Shown: one piece after another, positions 1 to 10,267 of the stretch | Numbering within the stretch: position 1 is the first letter of the stretch | Layout of the letters: the number at the start of each line of letters is the position of its first letter | DNA from: Escherichia coli | Lineage (GTDB): Bacteria > Pseudomonadota > Gammaproteobacteria > Enterobacterales > Enterobacteriaceae | DNA: 64,000 nucleotides | Assembly: GCF_024700885.2 (NCBI RefSeq) | Contig: NZ_CP117016.1 | Reading direction: 5' to 3' (one strand) | Notes under the pieces: model-generated | What the model saw: the letters and a program-made list of their open reading frames with translations, nothing else | What the model was told of the DNA's origin: nothing | Database searches by the model: none | Position numbers and translations under genes: made by a program

Positions 1-1
1 A

Positions 2-1258
2 TCGGACGGTGCGGAAGTTGCCGTCAGCAAGACCACCGGCATTAGCGTAAGCACGCGTTATGGTGAAGTGGAGAATGTTGAATTCAATAGCGATGGCGCG
101 TTGGGGATCACTGTTTATCACCAGAACCGCAAAGGTAGCGCATCGTCTACCGATTTAAGCCCGCAGGCCATTGCCCGCACCGTACAGGCGGCACTGGATA
201 TTGCCCGTTATACCTCGCCAGATCCCTGTGCCGGCGTGGCAGACAAAGAGCTGCTGGCCTTTGACGCACCGGATCTCGACTTGTTCCACCCTGCGGAAGT
301 TTCCCCGGATGAAGCCATTGAACTGGCGGCCCGCGCAGAACAGGCGGCATTGCAGGCGGACAAACGCATCACCAATACCGAAGGCGGCAGCTTTAACAGC
401 CACTACGGTGTCAAAGTTTTCGGCAACAGCCACGGCATGTTGCAGGGTTACTGCTCTACGCGTCATTCGCTCTCCAGCTGTGTAATTGCTGAAGAAAATG
501 GCGATATGGAGCGTGATTACGCCTACACCATTGGTCGTGCGATGAGCGATCTGCAAACGCCAGAGTGGGTTGGGGCCGACTGTGCTCGCCGTACTTTATC
601 GCGCCTGTCACCGCGTAAACTCTCCACCATGAAAGCGCCGGTCATTTTTGCCAATGAAGTGGCAACCGGGCTTTTTGGGCATCTGGTGGGGGCGATAGCG
701 GGTGGATCGGTTTACCGTAAATCTACCTTCCTGCTGGATTCGCTGGGTAAACAAATTCTGCCGGACTGGCTGACCATTGAAGAGCATCCGCATCTGCTGA
801 AAGGGCTGGCCTCTACGCCATTCGACAGCGAAGGTGTGCGCACCGAGCGTCGCGATATTATTAAAGATGGCATTCTGACTCAGTGGCTGCTGACCAGCTA
901 CTCGGCGCGGAAACTGGGGCTGAAAAGCACTGGACACGCAGGCGGTATTCACAACTGGCGGATTGCCGGACAAGGGCTAAGCTTCGAACAAATGCTCAAA
1001 GAGATGGGTACCGGGCTGGTGGTGACGGAGCTGATGGGCCAGGGCGTGAGTGCCATTACCGGTGATTATTCCCGTGGTGCAGCGGGCTTCTGGGTAGAGA
1101 ATGGCGAAATTCAGTATCCTGTTAGTGAAATCACCATCGCAGGTAATTTGAAAGATATGTGGCGCAATATTGTCACCGTCGGTAACGATATTGAAACACG
1201 CAGTAATATACAGTGTGGTTCTGTGCTGTTGCCGGAGATGAAAATCGCCGGGCAGTAA
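2..1258 (+). CDS. pmbA: PmbA/TldE protease-maturation factor, 5' end cut by window edge
   Basis: Frame is open from base 2 ([16 protein letters not shown]...) into ORF 68..1258. Sequence recognised as the E. coli PmbA C-terminal part. cybC follows, as in K-12. Confidence 0.93.
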
Positions 1259-1438
1259 AAAAACTGGCGCGACCTGCCGCGCTATAAACTAAAAAATTAC
1301 ACAAAATCATTCGCACTGCATCGAGACGGAAAGTGAATGAGGGCCGGGGAGCGTACTCGCAGTACGTGACTCGGGCGAATGAGCGTAGCCGTCGATGAGG
1401 CAGTGTGAAGGATGAAGTGTAAATAAAAAAGGAAGTGA

Positions 1439-1828
<390 letters not shown>

Positions 1829-1835
1829 TTCCTTA

Positions 1836-1871
1836 TTGGGCGGTGAAACGTTACCGCCCAACGCTTTCTTC
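1836..1871 (+). terminator. probable cybC terminator hairpin
   Basis: TTGGGCGGT (1836-1844) pairs with ACCGCCCAA (1853-1861), followed by a T-rich tract. Confidence 0.55.
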
Positions 1872-1962
1872 TCCCTTCGTAAAATCACCGCAATATCTAT
1901 CTTCACCACGGCATATTCCTGCGTGTCGTCCTCATTTTTGCGAGGCGTTTTCCAGAAATGAA

Positions 1963-1995
1963 TGTAATGCATATGTAATGCTATAATGCATTACA
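1963..1995 (+). promoter_or_regulatory. candidate promoter/operator of the TA operon
   Basis: TGTAATGC occurs twice in direct orientation (1963-1970, 1974-1981) and once inverted as GCATTACA (1988-1995). These flank a TATAAT hexamer (1982-1987) about 30 bp upstream of the antitoxin start. Confidence 0.5.
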
Positions 1996-2019
1996 CTTTT
2001 CATAATTACCGGAGGCATA

Positions 2020-2262
2020 ATGGCCACACTTAACGTCCGCCTGGATGACAAACTGAAAAATGAGGCTTATGCGGTGCTGGAAAAATTAAATATCACGCCT
2101 ACTGAAGCAGTGCGACTGCTGTTTCAGTACGTTGCGGAAAATGGACGAATGCCGGTAAAAACGCTCACTGTCAGTGATAGTGAAGAAGCCTTGTTACGCA
2201 CTGTCAGGGAACGACTGGCCAACCCACAAGAGGCCATTAAGGTCCGACTGGATGAACTATGA
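2020..2262 (+). CDS. RelB/DinJ-family (ribbon-helix-helix) antitoxin
   Basis: 80 aa. The N-terminal MATLNVRLDDKLK...A..VL..LNITPTEAVRLL pattern is typical of RelB/DinJ antitoxins. SD GGAGG upstream. Overlaps the toxin start by 11 nt. Confidence 0.85.
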   Translation: MATLNVRLDDKLKNEAYAVLEKLNITPTEAVRLLFQYVAENGRMPVKTLTVSDSEEALLRTVRERLANPQEAIKVRLDEL

Positions 2263-2542
2263 GCTGGCGTTTGATCCGCGGGCGCTGAAAGAGTGGCAAA
2301 AACTGGGCGTGACAGTCCGGGAACAATTTAAAAAAAAGCTTGAGGATGTGCTGAAAAGGCCGCGCAATCCATCGGCTAAACTGCGGGATTTACCGGACTG
2401 CTACAAAATTAAGCTGCGCACACAGGGATATCGCCTGGTTTATCAGGTTAACGATAAAGAGTTGCTCGTGTTGGTGATAGCTATTGGTAAGAGAGAGAAC
2501 TCAGCCGTTTATGAAGACGCGACTAAACGGCTGGATGAGTGA
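2252..2542 (+). CDS. RelE/StbE-family mRNA interferase toxin
   Basis: Start chosen at MNYELAFDPRALKEWQKL. The body (DCYKIKLR..GYRLVYQV.D..L...V.AIGKRE...VY) resembles plasmid StbE/RelE. The ORF-track start at 2174 lies inside the antitoxin and is unlikely. Confidence 0.85.
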   Translation: MNYELAFDPRALKEWQKLGVTVREQFKKKLEDVLKRPRNPSAKLRDLPDCYKIKLRTQGYRLVYQVNDKELLVLVIAIGKRENSAVYEDATKRLDE

Positions 2543-3007
2543 CTAACGCAAATGATGCACCACCTGATTGCTGCTGCCGCGCCAGATCAGGGAAGGGTCT
2601 TTTAAATCCTGCACAAATTTGCCGTCGACCAGTACGTTAATCAAATCAACAACCTGCATTTGCGCAGCGTTGAGTTCGTCGAGTTTATAGCCTGTCCACA
2701 CCCAAATGTCTTTACCCGGACATTCGGCGCGGATTCGTTGTACCAGTTTCAGAATATCCGGCACGTTTTGCGGATGCAGCGGATCGCCGCCGGAGAGGGA
2801 AATACCCTGGCGTTTGATGCGAGTGTCATTCAGATCGTTAATGATCTGGTCTTCCATTGCTTTGGTAAATGGCTGACCGGAATTTACCCGCCAGGTGCTT
2901 TTGTTATAGCAACCGGGGCATTCATGAACACACCCGGAGACAAACAGGGTGCAGCGAGTGCCGGGGCCGTTGACGATGTCGACAGGATAGTACTGATGAT
3001 AATTCAT
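2543..3007 (-). CDS. nrdG: anaerobic ribonucleotide reductase activating protein (radical SAM)
   Basis: 154 aa with the CxxxCxxC motif (CVHECPGCYN). Recognised as NrdG. Confidence 0.95.
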   Translation of the reverse strand: MNYHQYYPVDIVNGPGTRCTLFVSGCVHECPGCYNKSTWRVNSGQPFTKAMEDQIINDLNDTRIKRQGISLSGGDPLHPQNVPDILKLVQRIRAECPGKDIWVWTGYKLDELNAAQMQVVDLINVLVDGKFVQDLKDPSLIWRGSSNQVVHHLR

Positions 3008-3013
3008 TATTTC

Positions 3014-3142
<129 letters not shown>

Positions 3143-3164
3143 TTTGCTTAGCGCAGAGTGAAGA

Positions 3165-5303
3165 TTAACCTATCTGCCCATTTCCCAAATGTTTAACGCG
3201 GCGCTTAACTTCTTCCTGCTTACCAGCGTTAAACGGACGTGCATCCGGGCTACCTAAATATCCGCACACGCGGCGAGTCACCGATACACGGGAGGTGTCA
3301 TGGTTACCACATTTCGGACAAGTGAAGCCTTTACTAGTGCACTCGAACTCACCGGTAAAGCCACACTCGTAGCACTCATCGATCGGCGTATTGGTGCCGT
3401 AATACGGTACATGCTGATAGCTGTAATCCCAGACATCTTCCAGCGCCTTCAGGTTGTGCTGAATGTTTGGATACTCGCCGTAGCAAATGAAACCACCGTT
3501 CGCCAGCGGCGGGTAAGGCGCTTCAAAGTCGATCTTGTCGTATGGGTTCACCTTCTTCTCCACATCGAGGTGGAAACTGTTGGTGTAGTAACCTTTATCG
3601 GTCACGCCCGGCACCACGCCAAACTCAGCGGTATCGAGACGGCAGAAGCGGTCGCACAGGTTTTCACTTGGCGTGCTGTAGAGACTGAAACCGTAACCCG
3701 TTTCTTCTTTCCACTGATCCACTGCCTGACGCAGACGTTCAACAATTGCGATACCTTTCGCGCGAAGCTGCTCGTTGTCGTAAACATGCTCGCCGCCGAA
3801 CAGCGCGTTAATGGTTTCGTGGATGCCGATGTAACCCAGCGAAATAGACGCACGACCGTTTTTGAAGATTTCAGAAACATCATCGTCAGCATTGAGACGC
3901 ACGCCACAAGCACCTTCCATATAGAGGATCGGGGCCACGCGCGCTTTCACGCCTTCGAGACGAGCGATACGGGTCATCAGCGCTTTACGTGCCAGCACCA
4001 GACGTTCATCCAGCAGCTTCCAGAAGGTGGCTTCATCGCCTTTTGCTTCCAGAGCAATACGCGGCAGGTTCAGGCTGATCACGCCGAGGTTGTTACGACC
4101 ATCGTGGATCTGCTCGCCGTTTTCATTTTCCCACACGCCGAGGAAGCTGCGGCAGCCCATCGGGGTTTTAAACGAACCGGTGACTTTCACTACCTGATCG
4201 TAGTTCAGGATATCCGGATACATGCGCTTGCTTGCGCACTCCAGCGCCAGCTGTTTGATGTCGTAGTTCGGATCGCCTTTTTTATGGTTCAGACCATCGC
4301 GAATTGCAAACACCAGTTTCGGGAACACCGCAGTTTTACGGTTTTTACCGAGGCCTGCGATACGATTACGCAGGATAGATTCCTGAATCAGGCGCGATTC
4401 CCAGCTGGTGCCCAGACCAAAACCAAAGGTTACAAACGGTGTTTGACCGTTGGCGGTGTGCAGGGTGTTTACTTCGTACTCCAGCGACTGGAAGGCATCG
4501 TAGCACTCTTTGATGGTACGAGAGTTAGCGTAGCCTTCGGCGTCCGGGATGTTCCACTCTTCTGCGGTCTTGCGATGTTTGTTGTAGCTGGCGGTGACAA
4601 ACGGTGCCAGCACTTCATCGATACGGTTAATGGTGGTGCCGCCATAAATATGGCTGGCGACCTGGGCAATAATCTGCGCAGTTACCGCGGTTGCCGTAGA
4701 GATCGACTTCGGCGGTTCAATCTCGGCGTTCCCCATTTTAAAGCCCTGGGTCAGCATGCCTTTCAGGTCGATCAACATGCAGTTGAACATCGGGAAGAAC
4801 GGTGAGTAATCGAGATCGTGATAGTGAATATCACCACGTTCATGTGCCTGCACCACGTCACGCGGCAGCAGGTGCTGGCGTGCATAGTGTTTAGCCACGA
4901 TCCCGGCCAGCAGATCGCGCTGGGTTGGAATCACCTTGCTGTCTTTGTTGGCGTTTTCGTTGAGCAACGAGGAGTTGGTCTGCTCGACCAGACCACGGAT
5001 CTCCTGGTTCAGGCGGCCGCGTTTTTCACGTTCAATGTCGCGATCGTGACGGTACTCGATGTAAGCACGAGCCAGTTGTTTGTATGGACCCGACATCAGC
5101 TGGTTTTCAACTGCGGTCTGGATCTCATTGATATCCACCTGGTTGCGGCCCTGCATCTGCTCGCTGACAACCGCAGCAACAGTGGCGCAATAATCGGCAT
5201 CATCGACTTCCGCTGCTTTAGCTGCACGCAGAATCGCTTCTTTGATGCGCTCTGATTTAAACGGCACTTTGCAGCCGTCTCGTTTCATCACATGCGGTGT
5301 CAT
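3165..5303 (-). CDS. nrdD: anaerobic ribonucleoside-triphosphate reductase
   Basis: 712 aa with an ATP-cone N-terminus, a C-terminal Zn-ribbon CxxC..CxxC and the glycyl-radical motif RVCGYLG. Confidence 0.97.
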   Translation of the reverse strand: MTPHVMKRDGCKVPFKSERIKEAILRAAKAAEVDDADYCATVAAVVSEQMQGRNQVDINEIQTAVENQLMSGPYKQLARAYIEYRHDRDIEREKRGRLNQEIRGLVEQTNSSLLNENANKDSKVIPTQRDLLAGIVAKHYARQHLLPRDVVQAHERGDIHYHDLDYSPFFPMFNCMLIDLKGMLTQGFKMGNAEIEPPKSISTATAVTAQIIAQVASHIYGGTTINRIDEVLAPFVTASYNKHRKTAEEWNIPDAEGYANSRTIKECYDAFQSLEYEVNTLHTANGQTPFVTFGFGLGTSWESRLIQESILRNRIAGLGKNRKTAVFPKLVFAIRDGLNHKKGDPNYDIKQLALECASKRMYPDILNYDQVVKVTGSFKTPMGCRSFLGVWENENGEQIHDGRNNLGVISLNLPRIALEAKGDEATFWKLLDERLVLARKALMTRIARLEGVKARVAPILYMEGACGVRLNADDDVSEIFKNGRASISLGYIGIHETINALFGGEHVYDNEQLRAKGIAIVERLRQAVDQWKEETGYGFSLYSTPSENLCDRFCRLDTAEFGVVPGVTDKGYYTNSFHLDVEKKVNPYDKIDFEAPYPPLANGGFICYGEYPNIQHNLKALEDVWDYSYQHVPYYGTNTPIDECYECGFTGEFECTSKGFTCPKCGNHDTSRVSVTRRVCGYLGSPDARPFNAGKQEEVKRRVKHLGNGQIG

Positions 5304-5464
5304 GATCGCTCCATATTTTTAAGAACAGGTTATCCACAGAAATTGGGAAAGGCGTTTTCCGGTTTTTTCGTTTCGTTTTCCGGTGCTTTCCGCAATCGCC
5401 ATCCGCTTATCCACAACGCCGCACCTTTTTCGTGGGGAGCTGTAGTAGCAATTATAGTCGATTA

Positions 5465-5511
5465 ATACAACATATTGGGTTGGGACGCATTTTAAAGTCT
5501 ATATATAGTGC
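5465..5511 (-). promoter_or_regulatory. pair of NrdR-box-like palindromes upstream of nrdD
   Basis: CAACATATTG is centred at about 5472.5 and CTATATATAG at about 5503.5. The centres are 31 bp apart, which matches the known tandem NrdR box arrangement. Confidence 0.55.
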
Positions 5512-5538
5512 TTTGCATCAAGGATGTTTGAACTTTTT

Positions 5539-5552
5539 TTGATGTAGCTCAA
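5539..5552 (-). promoter_or_regulatory. FNR-like site
   Basis: The minus strand reads TTGAG-CTAC-ATCAA against the consensus TTGAT-N4-ATCAA. nrdDG is known to be FNR-activated. Confidence 0.4.
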
Positions 5553-5652
5553 AGTAAAAAGCAGAGCGTACGGATGACGGGCGCTACAGCGATATGTAAA
5601 TTTTTTAATGAATTTGCTGGTTGAAAAATCAACAAAAACAACATGCTGACAG

Positions 5653-5686
5653 ACAAAACCCCGGAATGACCGGCATTACCGGGGTT
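5653..5686 (-). terminator. treC terminator
   Basis: On the minus strand, an AACCCCGG...CCGGGGTT hairpin is followed by TTTTG, directly after the treC stop. Confidence 0.6.
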
Positions 5687-5696
5687 TAGCGAAGAT

Positions 5697-7352
5697 TTAC
5701 TTTTGTAACCACCAGACAGCCTCAAAAGGCCGTAAAGTCATGGCGCAGGGTTGTGGTGAGGCTTCTTCGTAGTTATGCATCACAAGCTGCCAGTTGCCGC
5801 GCATTTGCCCTAGTTGCCAGGGTTGGATCTCACGGCTAAGGTTGGCAATGACCAACAAGGTTTGCCCCTTCCATTCACGGCGATAGCACCACAATACAGG
5901 GCTGTTTGGCAGCAGATCCTGGTAATCGCCCCATGTCAGAACGGCTTCTTGCTTACGCAGTGCGATTAACTTTTGGTAGGTGTAAAACACCGAGGACTCA
6001 TCGGTCAGCGCGGCTTCTACGTTGATTTGTTGATAGTTATCGCCTAGGCCAATCCACGGTTCGCCAGCCGTAAACCCGGCATTATCGCCGTTGGTCCATT
6101 GCATGGGTGTGCGACTGTTGTCACGGGATTTACTGGCGAGGATTGCCAATAACTCGTCGGCATCACGACCATCGTTGCGCAGCTCGGCAAACATATTGAG
6201 GCTCTCCACGTCGCGATAGTCAGTAATGCGCGTGAAATGCGGGTTGGTCATGCCAATCTCTTCGCCCTGGTAGATATACGGCGTTCCCTGCATGCCATGC
6301 AGCACCATCGCCAGCATTTTTGCCGCAGGCACGCGGTATTCACCTTCATCACCAAAGCGAGAAACAATGCGCGGCTGATCGTGGTTACACCAGAACAAGG
6401 CATTCCATGCCACGTTGTGCATTCCTTGTTGCCAGTGGCGGAACAATGTTTTCAACGCTACAAAGTCAGGTTTAGCCAGCGTCCATTTTTCACCACCGGG
6501 ATAATCGACTTTCAGGTGATGAAAATTAAAGGTCATCGACAATTCACTGCCTGTCAGTGCCGCGTATCGCTGGCAATGCTCAAGGCTGGTGGAGGACATT
6601 TCACCTACGGTCATTAACCCGCGTGGCGTAAACACATCGCGGTTCATCTCGTGCAAAAACTCGTGTGCTCGTGGCCCGTCGGTGTAGAAGCGACGCCCGT
6701 CGCCATCCAGGTCATCAGGGAAACGCGGGTCTTTGGAGATCAGATTCACCACATCCAGGCGCAACCCGTCGACCCCACGATCGGCCCAGAACTCACAGAC
6801 TTTTTTCAGCTCTGCGCGTACCGCTGGATTCTCCCAGTTGAGATCCGCCTGTTCTGGTGCAAAGAGATGCAAATAGTACTGTTCGCTTTCCGCATGCCAG
6901 CGCCACGCACTACCGCCAAATTTTGAACGCCAGTTGTTCGGTGGCGTTTCTGGTTCTCCATCGCGCCAGATATAAAACTGGCGGTAAGGGCTTGCTTTGT
7001 TCAGCGCCTCGCGAAACCAGGCATGTTGGGTAGAGGTATGGTTAAACACCATATCGAGAATGATACGAATCCCGCGCGATTTTGCCTGTGTCACCAGTTC
7101 GTCAAAATCGTCCAGCGTGCCGTAGGTGGGATCAATCGCTGTATAGTTCGCTACGTCGTAACCGTTATCGACCTGGGGAGAGACATAAAAGGGGGTTAGC
7201 CAGATGGCATCAACGCCCAGTTTATGCAGATAGTCCAGGCGCTGGATAACGCCACGTAAATCGCCGGTGCCGCTACCCGTGGTGTCCTGAAAACTCTTTG
7301 GATAAATCTGGTAGATAACGCCGTTTTGCCACCAGTGGGGAAGATTAGTCAT
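5697..7352 (-). CDS. treC: trehalose-6-phosphate hydrolase
   Basis: Start set at MTNLPHWWQNGVIYQIYPKSF (551 aa), a GH13 family protein. The ORF-track start at 7499 overlaps treB and is rejected. Confidence 0.95.
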   Translation of the reverse strand: MTNLPHWWQNGVIYQIYPKSFQDTTGSGTGDLRGVIQRLDYLHKLGVDAIWLTPFYVSPQVDNGYDVANYTAIDPTYGTLDDFDELVTQAKSRGIRIILDMVFNHTSTQHAWFREALNKASPYRQFYIWRDGEPETPPNNWRSKFGGSAWRWHAESEQYYLHLFAPEQADLNWENPAVRAELKKVCEFWADRGVDGLRLDVVNLISKDPRFPDDLDGDGRRFYTDGPRAHEFLHEMNRDVFTPRGLMTVGEMSSTSLEHCQRYAALTGSELSMTFNFHHLKVDYPGGEKWTLAKPDFVALKTLFRHWQQGMHNVAWNALFWCNHDQPRIVSRFGDEGEYRVPAAKMLAMVLHGMQGTPYIYQGEEIGMTNPHFTRITDYRDVESLNMFAELRNDGRDADELLAILASKSRDNSRTPMQWTNGDNAGFTAGEPWIGLGDNYQQINVEAALTDESSVFYTYQKLIALRKQEAVLTWGDYQDLLPNSPVLWCYRREWKGQTLLVIANLSREIQPWQLGQMRGNWQLVMHNYEEASPQPCAMTLRPFEAVWWLQK

Positions 7353-7401
7353 TACGTTATTCCTGCAAATGCGAGGGGGCGCAATTGCGCCCCGAAGAAA
7401 A

Positions 7402-8823
7402 TTAAACAATGTCCAGCGTGCCCAGGCGGTATTTCCGCTGATAGATAAACGAGGTGAGTACAATCGGGATGATGATGGCGATAGCCATTGCCAGCGCAAA
7501 CACCTGCCAGTAGCTCGGTTGAATCGAGAGAATTCCCGGCAGGCCGCCTACGCCAATGCCATTCGCCATAACGCCGTTCAGGCCGCATAGCAATCCTGCC
7601 AGACCAGAACCAATCATCGCGCACAGCATCGGGAAGCGATATTTCAGGTTGATGCCGTACATAGCAGGCTCAGTGACTCCAAGCCAGGCGGAGATAGCGG
7701 CAGGCACGGAGATCTCGCGTTCATTGTGCTTGCGGCTGGAAATGATAATGCCTATCACGGCGGAACCCTGAGCGATATTCGACAGCGCAATCAGCGGCCA
7801 CACTGGCGTACCACCCATGCTTTGAATCATCTGCAAATCAATAGCAAGCGTGGTCTGATGTACGCCGGTGATCACCAGCGGGGCGTACAGGAAGCCAAAC
7901 AATGCCGCGCCAATCGGAGCAAAGCTGCCGGTCATCAGGTGACGTACCGCAAAGGCAACGCCATCGCCAATCATGCGACCAAACGGACCAATCAGCGCAT
8001 GGGCGAGGAACACCGCGAGGATCAGCGAACAAACGGGCACCACCACCAGATAGAGGTAATCCGGCACGATGCGCTTAAGACGAGTTTCAATAACGCCCAG
8101 CGCCAGCCCGGCTAACAGTGCCGGGATCACCTGCGCCTGATAGCCCACTTTGGCGATGCTGAACATGCCAAAGTCCCACACTTCCGGCAGCTGCTGCCCG
8201 AGCAGATAAGCGTTCATCAGCTGTGGAGAAACCAGCGTTACGCCAAGCACGATACCAAGGATCGGCGTGCCGCCCATTTTTTTCACCGCTGACCAGCAAA
8301 TCCCGACCGGCAGGTAGAAGAAGATCGCTTCACCGATCAACCACAGAAAATCGTAGATCGTTTGCAGGGAAGGGTACATTTGCGCCAGCGTTTGACCGTT
8401 GCTCATGGGCAAATCGCCGATCACATTGCGAAAACCGAGGATCAAACCGCCGCTAATCAACGCGGGCAGCAACGGGAAGAAAATCTCCGCGAAATGAGAG
8501 ATCAACTGCTCATGCCATTTCATATTCTGCCGGGCGGCTTTTTTTACCTGCTCTTTATCAACCTGCGCCTGTCCGGTTGACGCTATCAGTGCTTGATAGT
8601 AATCACCCACGTTGGTGCCAATCACCACCTGAAATTGCCCGGCATTGGTGAAACAGCCTTTCACCATGGGGAGTTGCTCAATTTCTTTCGGTCTGGCATT
8701 GGCCGGTTGGTTGAGGACAAAGCGCAGACGAGTAATACAGTGGCTCACCGTCGCAATATTGCCGCGCCCGCCGACCAGTTCAATCAACCGATCGATATCC
8801 GTTTGGTTTATTTTGCTCATCAT
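7402..8823 (-). CDS. treB: PTS trehalose-specific EIIBC
   Basis: 473 aa with an N-terminal EIIB motif (ATVSHCITRLRF) followed by a polytopic EIIC domain. Confidence 0.95.
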   Translation of the reverse strand: MMSKINQTDIDRLIELVGGRGNIATVSHCITRLRFVLNQPANARPKEIEQLPMVKGCFTNAGQFQVVIGTNVGDYYQALIASTGQAQVDKEQVKKAARQNMKWHEQLISHFAEIFFPLLPALISGGLILGFRNVIGDLPMSNGQTLAQMYPSLQTIYDFLWLIGEAIFFYLPVGICWSAVKKMGGTPILGIVLGVTLVSPQLMNAYLLGQQLPEVWDFGMFSIAKVGYQAQVIPALLAGLALGVIETRLKRIVPDYLYLVVVPVCSLILAVFLAHALIGPFGRMIGDGVAFAVRHLMTGSFAPIGAALFGFLYAPLVITGVHQTTLAIDLQMIQSMGGTPVWPLIALSNIAQGSAVIGIIISSRKHNEREISVPAAISAWLGVTEPAMYGINLKYRFPMLCAMIGSGLAGLLCGLNGVMANGIGVGGLPGILSIQPSYWQVFALAMAIAIIIPIVLTSFIYQRKYRLGTLDIV

Positions 8824-8888
8824 AAAGCCCCATGGCAGATGACATTTTTGGTTGGCTGCAGAATATATTGCGCTGAAAAATTTAAAAA

Positions 8889-8902
8889 CGGGAACGTTCC
8901 CG
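8889..8902. promoter_or_regulatory. LacI-family (TreR) operator palindrome
   Basis: Perfect palindrome CGGGAACGTTCCCG in the treR-treB intergenic region. Confidence 0.6.
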
Positions 8903-8941
8903 AAACGCAGCGAAGATCACAATTTATCGTTCAGGAAACGA

Positions 8942-9889
8942 TCAGGACAGGGTGGCGGGAATGATGATTTGTTGCGGTTCGCTGCGCCCGGTTACCTGCG
9001 CGATCAACTGGCAGGCCGCCTGGCGTCCAGCTTCGGCGTAACCGGGATCTACGGTGACGATCTCCGGATGGAGGAATTTCATTAACGGCGTATTACCGAC
9101 GCTCGCCAGTTGCAAGGTGTCGATGCGTTGCTCTTGCAGGTATTTACTTGCGCCAAGTGCCAGCGTGTCGGTTGCGCACAGTAACGCGGTAGTTTCAGGC
9201 GTAATCACTTTTGCTACGTTCTCATAGCCTTGCTTCATAGCAAGCCCTGGCAGAGCGGCAACGGGATGCAATTTATGCGCTTTGCAGAACGCCAGGTAGG
9301 CTTCGTGACGTCGCTTACCGGTCGTCACGTCACTGTGCGGCACGCCGAGATAACTGATATTACGATGTCCCTGGTCATACAGCCGTTGCATCAGGATCTT
9401 GATTGCCCCTTCGTCGTCATAACAGACCGAAGCAAAGCCTTTTGCGTCACGCGCCAGCAGAACCAGCGATGACTGCCAGTGGGCTAACATTTCTTCTGTT
9501 ATGCCGGTAAAACCGAACAGCACTACGCCGTCGATATTACGCCGTTTCAGCACCCCCAAATGTTCGGCAACTAATTGCGGGGAAAACTGACTTTCCATCA
9601 TGATTGGGTCGTAACCTTGTTCATAGAACGCTGGCAGCATGGTTTGAACGGCGAGATTTTCTGACAACGAATCCAGACGGGTAACAATGATGGCGACCAC
9701 TTTATCGCTTTGACCACGCATAGCGCGCGCAGAGCGGGAAGGGGAAAATCCATGCTGATTCATCACTGCTTCAACACGCTCGCGCGTGCGCTGGCTCACG
9801 CCGCTTTCGTTATTCAGCACCCGGGAAACCGTAGATTTCCCCACGCCGCTTAAGCGCGCGATGTCTTTGATGGTCAGCCGATTTTGCAT
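8942..9889 (-). CDS. treR: trehalose repressor (LacI family)
   Basis: 315 aa with the N-terminal HTH LTIKDIARLSGVGKSTVSRVLN. Confidence 0.95.
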   Translation of the reverse strand: MQNRLTIKDIARLSGVGKSTVSRVLNNESGVSQRTRERVEAVMNQHGFSPSRSARAMRGQSDKVVAIIVTRLDSLSENLAVQTMLPAFYEQGYDPIMMESQFSPQLVAEHLGVLKRRNIDGVVLFGFTGITEEMLAHWQSSLVLLARDAKGFASVCYDDEGAIKILMQRLYDQGHRNISYLGVPHSDVTTGKRRHEAYLAFCKAHKLHPVAALPGLAMKQGYENVAKVITPETTALLCATDTLALGASKYLQEQRIDTLQLASVGNTPLMKFLHPEIVTVDPGYAEAGRQAACQLIAQVTGRSEPQQIIIPATLS

Positions 9890-10003
9890 CCTGTTGTCCC
9901 GTAACGTGTTGTTTAATTATTTGAGCCTAACTTTACCCGTGCATTCAGCAATGGGTAAAGTCTGGTTTATCGTTGGTTTAGTTGCCAGCAGGTATTATAT
10001 CGC

Positions 10004-10267
10004 CATAGATGCTACGAATATTATTGGATTCTCCTTATTATTTGCGGCGCTTTTTTCACTTACCGGAGGTTATATGGAACCTGATCCCACGCCTCTCCCT
10101 CGACGGAGATTAAAACTTTTCCGGTAAGCCCGTCTTTTCACGGCGTTACCGGATGCGTAAGGCCGTGACGTTTTAACGTCCCTGCTCAGCTTTATTACCT
10201 TCAGGTAAGGCTTCGCCACGCCTGAAGACATTTCTGTACTGTTTCAGACAGTGCGGAGGGACTCCTT
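10004..10267 (+). promoter_or_regulatory. mgtA Mg2+/proline-sensing 5' leader (approximate extent)
   Basis: Long untranslated region ahead of mgtA that contains the mgtL ORF. The extent is set from the remembered leader length of about 264 nt, not measured here. Confidence 0.6.
10074..10127 (+). CDS. mgtL: mgtA leader peptide
   Basis: 17-codon proline-rich [20 protein letters not shown] with SD GGAGG upstream. It is the tail of ORF-track entry 9786..10127. Confidence 0.85.

Noticed and set aside
3300-4805. A 501-aa plus-strand ORF inside nrdD. Similar long antisense ORFs occur at 25340-27196 within valS, 49117-50121 within the MFS gene, and 11845-12366 within mgtA.
   Set aside because: They lie entirely antisense to confidently identified, conserved genes. 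They have low-complexity or odd composition and no RBS. These are typical shadow ORFs.
5620-5633. GTTGAAAAATCAAC upstream of nrdD considered as an FNR box.
   Set aside because: The TTGA and TCAA half-sites are separated by 4 nt instead of the 6 nt implied by TTGAT-N4-ATCAA. The better candidate is at 5539-5552.
9786-10127. A 113-aa plus-strand ORF overlapping the treR start and the mgtA leader.
   Set aside because: Only its last 17 codons, which have their own SD, correspond to the known leader peptide mgtL. The rest is antisense to treR and intergenic.
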